This document shows, piece after piece, positions 58,550-64,000 of a DNA stretch of 64,000 nt. How positions within the stretch are numbered: the stretch's first letter is position 1; the number at the start of each line of letters is the position of its first letter. The stretch comes from Sphingobacteriales bacterium (lineage in GTDB: Bacteria > Bacteroidota > Bacteroidia > Chitinophagales > JADIYW01). Location: the NCBI GenBank assembly GCA_016719635.1, contig JADJYT010000002.1:94076-158075 (forward strand), given 5' to 3'. Under the pieces are notes generated by a model that was not told the origin of the DNA, searched no databases, and was given only the letters and a program-made list of their open reading frames with translations. Both the position numbers and the translations under genes were made by a program.

Positions 58550-60440
58550 TCTTGATAAATTTGTTTGAACCTGTCTGATGGGTAGTAAGGTTGGTTAACT
58601 GAATAACATAAGCCGCTGCGGGAAGTTCATGAATGTCAATATATCCCGAAGCAGAAAGGTTTGTTTGCAGAAGCAGAACACCATTAAGCCCGAATATTTC
58701 CAGGTGGCTTTTTTCTTTAATGCCTTCTATATACAGCTGACTCGCAGCCGGGTTTGGGTAAATTTTGACTTCATATGCATTGACCTTCCAATGACGAATG
58801 CTGGTCAGATAGCTGGGCAGTGGTTTTCCCACCACCGGGTTGACAATCATCGTCCCCGCCAGATCCGACTCCCGCCATTTCGTTACGCCGTCCACATAAA
58901 AATTGCGGTTGGAATGATTGTTGTTTCTGTCGAATCCTACAATCAGCGTCTCTTTGTTTTCTACTATCAGACCAATGGCAAAGGTATCGCTCAGGACAAG
59001 CGGAAATGCAGCGCCATTCAATAAAAAAGTTGGTTTTATCGGAGCATAGTAAAAGCCGTTTAAGGTATCCGCGCCATTCTCCGCTACTAGGTCTGCTATC
59101 TTCAGGTTATTTTGCTGATAAATCAAATCATCCGCGTTATAAACGGCGTTTCTGGAAAAATTTTTCCAGACGCAAATACTGAACTTTGCCAGGCTGTTAT
59201 CGGGCCGAACGGGAAAGAACTGCAACTTAACGGCCTGCAGTGTGTCCGGTTTACGCATGCCATACTTCACCGCCATTTTATAATTATCCAGTCCGGTAAC
59301 CCAAAAACCACGCTCCGGAGTGCCGTCATCGTAGGCAAAAAAATTGCTGAAAACCTGTTCATGCGAAACGGCGTTGTTGGCCTGCACTTTTGCAGGTTCC
59401 CCGGCTTCCGCCGACACATCAAAGTGATAATCCACTTTAACGACAACCGTATCATCCGTCAAATCTGTGGGGATATTGAACTTGGGGTATAGAATCGGAT
59501 TGGTGGTGATTGGCCCGAAGTCTCTGGATGGCCCGCTGAAGGAGGCGATATTGGCAGCAGTATTTACCACATTCGCTTCATAAAAATCCACGATATCCGT
59601 GGTGGCATTGATAAAATTATTTCTGACAACCACCTGAATACTGTCTGCCAGATCTGTCGTGTCAAACTGGTTGTAGGGCATTGCATAATAATCCTTCAGC
59701 AGGCTTGGCGGCAGAAACTCATAGGCCATTTCCTTTATATTGACTTCAGCAGAAGTATCCCTGTTTTTGTCCAGTTTCACGTAATCAATATGCCACGTGT
59801 CATTCGCACCGTTGAGGCTGCCAAATGACTGGAATCTGAACTGGAATTTATCCGATAGAAAGGGTGTATCCACTTTTACAAATACCTGACGCATACTGAG
59901 TATGGTATCTGCAGTAGCCTGCCACATGATGTTCCAGTTGCCGGAAGTATCTAAAAAATGTACCGTGATTAAATCATTGGGGGCGGTAGGCGTTTCACCA
60001 AAATCACCACTCAGGTAATAAAAACTCAGAAAAACATTATCGTTTGTTGTCAGGCCGGATAAATCTATGGGATTAGATGTCAGCTTATCCGCTGCACCGG
60101 AAGCATCTAACAGCAAACTGTATGGTTTTCCGGAAGCATCGGTTCCGTCGAATGTTGCCACCCCGACGGTAACTGTTTCTTTAGGATAAGTGGTATTGAT
60201 GAAAACAAAATTATCCTCCCACAAGGCCGGGTCCGGAAAAATATCCTTTTGGTAAAAGTCATCAAAAAAAGGCAGTGACAGAGCACTTACCCTCTTGTTT
60301 GCCTTTTGTTGTAAGAAATCAGCATTTGTTTTGGCATTCATCCCCGGATGTAACCTGAGTGGAGTTAAAGCCTCCTTTTGTGCCATGGCATTCAACCCTG
60401 TCAGAAAAATGATTATACTGCTGCAAATTGATTTCATCAT
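58542..60440 (-). CDS. secreted protein with a T9SS C-terminal sorting domain
   Basis: Signal peptide 'MMKSICSSIIIFLTGLNAMAQ'. C-terminal 'IYPNPAASQLYIEG...LEIFGLNGVLL...LPAAAYVIQL'. Confidence 0.75.
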   Translation of the reverse strand: MMKSICSSIIIFLTGLNAMAQKEALTPLRLHPGMNAKTNADFLQQKANKRVSALSLPFFDDFYQKDIFPDPALWEDNFVFINTTYPKETVTVGVATFDGTDASGKPYSLLLDASGAADKLTSNPIDLSGLTTNDNVFLSFYYLSGDFGETPTAPNDLITVHFLDTSGNWNIMWQATADTILSMRQVFVKVDTPFLSDKFQFRFQSFGSLNGANDTWHIDYVKLDKNRDTSAEVNIKEMAYEFLPPSLLKDYYAMPYNQFDTTDLADSIQVVVRNNFINATTDIVDFYEANVVNTAANIASFSGPSRDFGPITTNPILYPKFNIPTDLTDDTVVVKVDYHFDVSAEAGEPAKVQANNAVSHEQVFSNFFAYDDGTPERGFWVTGLDNYKMAVKYGMRKPDTLQAVKLQFFPVRPDNSLAKFSICVWKNFSRNAVYNADDLIYQQNNLKIADLVAENGADTLNGFYYAPIKPTFLLNGAAFPLVLSDTFAIGLIVENKETLIVGFDRNNNHSNRNFYVDGVTKWRESDLAGTMIVNPVVGKPLPSYLTSIRHWKVNAYEVKIYPNPAASQLYIEGIKEKSHLEIFGLNGVLLLQTNLSASGYIDIHELPAAAYVIQLTNLTTHQTGSNKFIKSE

Positions 60441-60453
60441 TGGCTATGTTCTT

Positions 60454-61212
60454 TTACGGTTGAGGTTCTTCTGCTTTTTGCTGACGAATGAATAACTGAA
60501 CGGTATTTCCGGGTCCCAGTTTGCCGGGCTGACCGTATTTGGGTTCCTGGTCGTAGACATAGGCACTCATGGTATCGGTTATGCTTCCGTCTGCCAGCAA
60601 CATACCGACATTCAAATGTACCGCATCCAGCACGGCTCGTGCTTCCAGCACGGTCAGGTCAGTCAACGGCGGTACCTCCACTATCTGGTTTCCAAACCCG
60701 TCCCCCAGCACCAGATCGACCACCGTACCCTTGGGAACCACCAAACCGGGTTTCACTATCTTGCCATTTAACTGGATATTCAATACGGCATCTTTCGCCA
60801 TGTCGGGAATATACACCAAATTTCCGGGTACCAATCCCCAACTGTTTAATATTAGTTCCGCCTGTCGTCTAGAATTGTCTATCACATCCGGAATCTTGAC
60901 ACTAGGGGGCTGAGATGCGTTTAAGGTGATGTAGACTTTTCTGTTCTCCTTCACTTTTGCGCCTTTTCCGGGTTGCTGATCCAGTACTGACAATGGCGGT
61001 TTGGAAGCATCATATGTGGAGTCTGTCACCAGAAAATCAAGATCATAATTGCTCAGTTCCTTTTTGGCTTCATACAGCGATTTGCCTTTTATGTTTGGTA
61101 CAGAGACATAATCTCCGTGCATGGTGTACACGTTCAGTCCTAAAAAGGTGACTATGAGCAGCCCTATGGTGGCTCCGAAAACATATAGTATGGTTAATGA
61201 AATTTTGCCCAT
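60454..61212 (-). CDS. PASTA-domain membrane protein
   Basis: N-terminal TM helix followed by three ~65-aa repeats of PASTA type ('VPNIKGKSLYEAKKEL', 'IPDVIDNSRRQAELIL', 'VPPLTDLTVLEARAVL'). Confidence 0.75.
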   Translation of the reverse strand: MGKISLTILYVFGATIGLLIVTFLGLNVYTMHGDYVSVPNIKGKSLYEAKKELSNYDLDFLVTDSTYDASKPPLSVLDQQPGKGAKVKENRKVYITLNASQPPSVKIPDVIDNSRRQAELILNSWGLVPGNLVYIPDMAKDAVLNIQLNGKIVKPGLVVPKGTVVDLVLGDGFGNQIVEVPPLTDLTVLEARAVLDAVHLNVGMLLADGSITDTMSAYVYDQEPKYGQPGKLGPGNTVQLFIRQQKAEEPQP

Positions 61213-61382
61213 TCAAAAAGCATTCATCTATCTTCAAACGTCAAACGGAGCCGATTATTCTCCATGCTCAAAAATAGGGAAATTAAGCAAATAATTCCCT
61301 ATGGTTCTTTCTCACAATAGTTTATAATCTTTGTCGTTGTATTCCTGCTTCGCCATTATATTTACAAAAAAAACAGCAGCCC

Positions 61383-62471
61383 ATGACAAAACAGCGTATC
61401 GGATTGGTTTTCGGAGGAAAATCTCCGGAACATGAGGTATCCATCATCTCGGCAAGAAATATCTACAATGCCATCAATAAGGATACGTTTGATGTTGTAC
61501 TGATCGGTATTTCCCAAAACGGACAATGGTATCTGGAAAGTGAAACCAATTTACTGGATGAACATGCCGTTGTAGGAAAAGAAGGAATACAGCTGGGGGT
61601 TATCTTTGGCAGCGCCAAGAACCATATGATGCGTCTGGATAATCAGGCATTCTTGGAAGATGTAGATGTCATTTTTCCTATTACCCACGGTCCCAACGGA
61701 GAAGACGGAACCCTGCAGGGCGTTTTCACCCAGTTAGATATTCCTTTTGTAGGACCGGGCGTACTGGGCTCCGCCGTGGCGATGGACAAAGATTTTACAA
61801 AACGTATATTACGGGATGCCGGTATCGGACATGCAAAAGGCATTACTTTTTATAAAAACCGGAAAGGAGCCATTTCTTATTCCGAGACAACCAGGGAATT
61901 AGGCGGACTAGTGTTTATCAAACCCTGCAATATGGGTTCTTCCGTGGGCGTGAGCAGGGCAACCAATGAAGCCGGGTTTTACAAAGCGCTGGATGAAGCA
62001 TTTAAATTTGACACCAAAGTACTGGTAGAGCAAGCTGTTACAGGCAGAGAGCTGGAATGTGCCGTACTGGGTAATGAACTTATTGAAGCCAGTACTGTAG
62101 GTGAAATCGTCATGGAAAAAGGCTTTTACGATTTTGAAAACAAATATGTGAATGACAATGCCAGAATATATATCCCAGCACCCGATATTTCGGATGCCCA
62201 ACTGCAAAAAATCCAGGAAACCGCGCGTAAGGCTTATCATGCGCTGGGACTGGAAGGGTTGAGCAGAATCGATGTTTTCCTGACTGAAAAAGATGAAGTC
62301 ATTGTCAATGAACCCAACACGCTGCCAGGTTTTACCTCTATCTCCATGTACCCTAAGCTTTGGGAAGCATCCGGGCTGAAATATGCCGATTTAATTGAAA
62401 AGCTGATTGAATTAGCCATTTCCAGGCACCGGAGAGACAGCAGTCTGCAACGCACCAGAGTCATTCAGTGA
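61383..62471 (+). CDS. ddl: D-alanine--D-alanine ligase
   Basis: 'IGLVFGGKSPEHEVS', 'HGPNGEDGTLQG', 'VKPCNMGSSVGV', 'EPNTLPGFT'. Confidence 0.95.
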   Translation: MTKQRIGLVFGGKSPEHEVSIISARNIYNAINKDTFDVVLIGISQNGQWYLESETNLLDEHAVVGKEGIQLGVIFGSAKNHMMRLDNQAFLEDVDVIFPITHGPNGEDGTLQGVFTQLDIPFVGPGVLGSAVAMDKDFTKRILRDAGIGHAKGITFYKNRKGAISYSETTRELGGLVFIKPCNMGSSVGVSRATNEAGFYKALDEAFKFDTKVLVEQAVTGRELECAVLGNELIEASTVGEIVMEKGFYDFENKYVNDNARIYIPAPDISDAQLQKIQETARKAYHALGLEGLSRIDVFLTEKDEVIVNEPNTLPGFTSISMYPKLWEASGLKYADLIEKLIELAISRHRRDSSLQRTRVIQ

Positions 62472-62505
62472 GTTGATTCGTACATTTTAGCTTCCTTCTT
62501 ACCGT

Positions 62506-62570
62506 TTACGCAGTAAAACATCCCGTTTACTCATTATTTCTTGACCTAAATCAAGAAATATGCAACTTTG
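62506..62570 (+). promoter_or_regulatory. promoter-like module copy 4: boxes TTACGCA (62506-62512) and TTACTCA (62527-62533), TTGACCTAAATCAA (62541-62554), -7-like CAacTTTG (62563-62570)
   Basis: Same layout as copies 1-3. The leader AAACCATAAACTATG ends at the start codon 62599. Confidence 0.5.
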
Positions 62571-62598
62571 GTGTACCAAGCCACTAAAACCATAAACT

Positions 62599-63024
62599 AT
62601 GAAAAAGCTATTATTTCTAATGTGTTTCGCAACGATGGGAGTTACAGCATTAGCCGCACGAAAGAATGACGCACAGAATCCCGTTGTCGGTAGCTGGAAA
62701 TTCAGCAGACAAAGCAATCAGAATGAATTCCGGAAAGTAATGGCCAATGATGCCAGTAAAGACTACCAGTCGGAATATTTCATATTTGAAGGTGATAACA
62801 AATTCCGGCATGAATTTGTAAACGAAAAGGGAGTCATTGTTAAAGTACTCAAGGGTAAATGGAAAACCACCGGCGATAAAATAAAAATCGATTACAGTGA
62901 CATCGATTACAACCTGACCATCAGCTATTTCTTTCTGGACAATGACCTGGTTCTCGGACAAAATTTCAATCACGTGATATTTTCCAAAGACAATACGGAA
63001 AATCAGAACTACGCTTTAAAATAA
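62599..63024 (+). CDS. lipocalin-like small secreted protein
   Basis: Signal peptide 'MKKLLFLMCFATMGVTALAA'. 'VVGSWKF' and 'KGKWKTTGDKIKIDY' are patterns typical of bacterial lipocalin-like domains. Confidence 0.6.
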   Translation: MKKLLFLMCFATMGVTALAARKNDAQNPVVGSWKFSRQSNQNEFRKVMANDASKDYQSEYFIFEGDNKFRHEFVNEKGVIVKVLKGKWKTTGDKIKIDYSDIDYNLTISYFFLDNDLVLGQNFNHVIFSKDNTENQNYALK

Positions 63025-63057
63025 TCTGTTCCCACACTTCAATTACCTTTAAAGCGG

Positions 63058-63089
63058 AAGAAGACTGACGATGTTCAGTCTTCTTTTTT
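63058..63089 (+). terminator. rho-independent terminator
   Basis: 11-bp stem aagaagactga/tcagtcttctt, 6-nt loop, followed by a T run. Confidence 0.8.
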
Positions 63090-63291
63090 ATATCACACTT
63101 TCATTTTTTATTGAAAGTTCTAAAATATTTACATACTTGGATTTAACACGCCTCCCTTAAAATGAGGGCTAATTTTACGTTCCGGTAATATACCGTATCC
63201 GTTTGTTTCGGGAAGTTTAATATTCACATTGGATTAACCTGACATTTACACCAAGTACATTTTTATATCAAACTTTCGTAATTGGAATAAG

Positions 63292-63323
63292 TTGACAAAC
63301 ATCAATGATCGGGTATATCTTTG
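63292..63323 (+). promoter_or_regulatory. Bacteroidota-type promoter: TTGACA at 63292-63297 and TAtcTTTG at 63316-63323
   Basis: Matches the TAnnTTTG -7 consensus, about 38 nt upstream of the ATG at 63361. Confidence 0.5.
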
Positions 63324-63360
63324 CAGTATCAAATTATTCACAATTAAATCTTTTTAAAAA

Positions 63361-63765
63361 ATGGAATTCGCACAAAAATTCAAAGACGCAGTAGACAGTT
63401 TTACTGCAGAAACAAAAGCAAACGTAACGGAATTACGTTACAACGTGGAAAACACTGTTAAAAATGCGGTGAGTGAAGCAAAAGAAGAAGTGGAGTTACA
63501 AAAAAATCACCTTAAAACAACATCTGAAAGAATTCAGTCCAAACTGAAAGGACCTTTCACCGTGGAAAAAATCCAGTCTGATGTTAAAGAAGAAGCTGAA
63601 ATTTTAGTAGCAGACCTTAAAACAACCCTCAACAGGAATGCTGACAGGGTAAAAGGTTTATTCAACCACGCTTCTGAAAAAATCGAACAACAAGTGGAAG
63701 AAGTTAAAGCTGAAGTAAAAAAAGCTACTTCTAAAGCAAAAGCAAGAGTAGAAAAGGCTGCGTAA
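63361..63765 (+). CDS. hypothetical all-helical protein (apolipoprotein/phasin-like composition)
   Basis: 134 aa, Lys/Glu/Ala-rich, with heptad-like periodicity. A promoter lies upstream and a terminator downstream. Confidence 0.6.
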   Translation: MEFAQKFKDAVDSFTAETKANVTELRYNVENTVKNAVSEAKEEVELQKNHLKTTSERIQSKLKGPFTVEKIQSDVKEEAEILVADLKTTLNRNADRVKGLFNHASEKIEQQVEEVKAEVKKATSKAKARVEKAA

Positions 63766-63789
63766 GCACCTTTTCCCCAACCATTTTTA

Positions 63790-63827
63790 AAAAGAGCCGC
63801 CACTAAATGTAGAGCGGCTCTTTTTTT
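63790..63827 (+). terminator. rho-independent terminator
   Basis: Stem agagccgc/gcggctct, 13-nt loop, followed by T7. Confidence 0.75.
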
Positions 63828-63950
63828 CATGTTGAATGAATCAAGATTTAGCTATTTTTACCCATTCAGCAACAACGCCAAAGCAATGTATGTAGACGAA
63901 CAAAGTAAGAGCGTTTAAGTAACCAGTAAACAATACCTAATCACCAACCA

Positions 63951-64000
63951 TGCGAATTGCAGGCACTATCCCTCATCCCATTTTGAAAATCACGGTCATG
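63951..64000 (+). CDS. start of an unidentified ORF that runs off the window
   Basis: The ATG at 63951 gives MRIAGTIPHPILKITVM. Only 16 full codons are visible. Confidence 0.3.

Overview
This window looks like a chromosomal segment from a Bacteroidota genome. The evidence is two proteins with T9SS-type C-terminal sorting domains, TAnnTTTG-type -7 promoter boxes, PorT-like, DUF4476, DUF4349 and DUF4783-like proteins, and no Shine-Dalgarno sequences. I did not identify the species. Most of the window is housekeeping: prmA, tpiA, rpmE2, engB, ubiE/menG, udk, folD, cysQ, tdk, hisS, gpmI, nadC, dnaE, ddl and yebC. There is also a polysaccharide precursor and export block (rfbC, wzz-like, wza-like, rfbB, a nucleotide-sugar dehydrogenase, waaA). 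I saw no rRNA gene, tRNA gene, CRISPR array or transposase. Five things deserve a second look. (1) A co-directional four-gene cluster at 25046-29892 encodes a vWA protein, a TAT-lipoprotein flavin amine oxidase, a di-iron ferritin-like protein and a ChlI-like AAA+ ATPase. (2) A promoter-like module with tandem TTACTCA boxes occurs four times. Three copies flank a GbsR/MarR-like regulator and drive short terminated units that are candidate sRNAs or gene-5' remnants. The fourth drives a lipocalin-like gene about 21.6 kb away. (3) An AT-rich two-gene insert carries an HNH nuclease with an unrecognised N-terminal domain, a candidate modification-dependent restriction enzyme. (4) A 658-bp convergent intergenic region holds REP-like palindromic repeats. 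(5) Four ORF disruptions occur in otherwise conserved-looking genes: two +1 frameshifts at TTT-T runs and two in-frame TAA codons. All functional calls come from motif recognition by eye. No database search was run.
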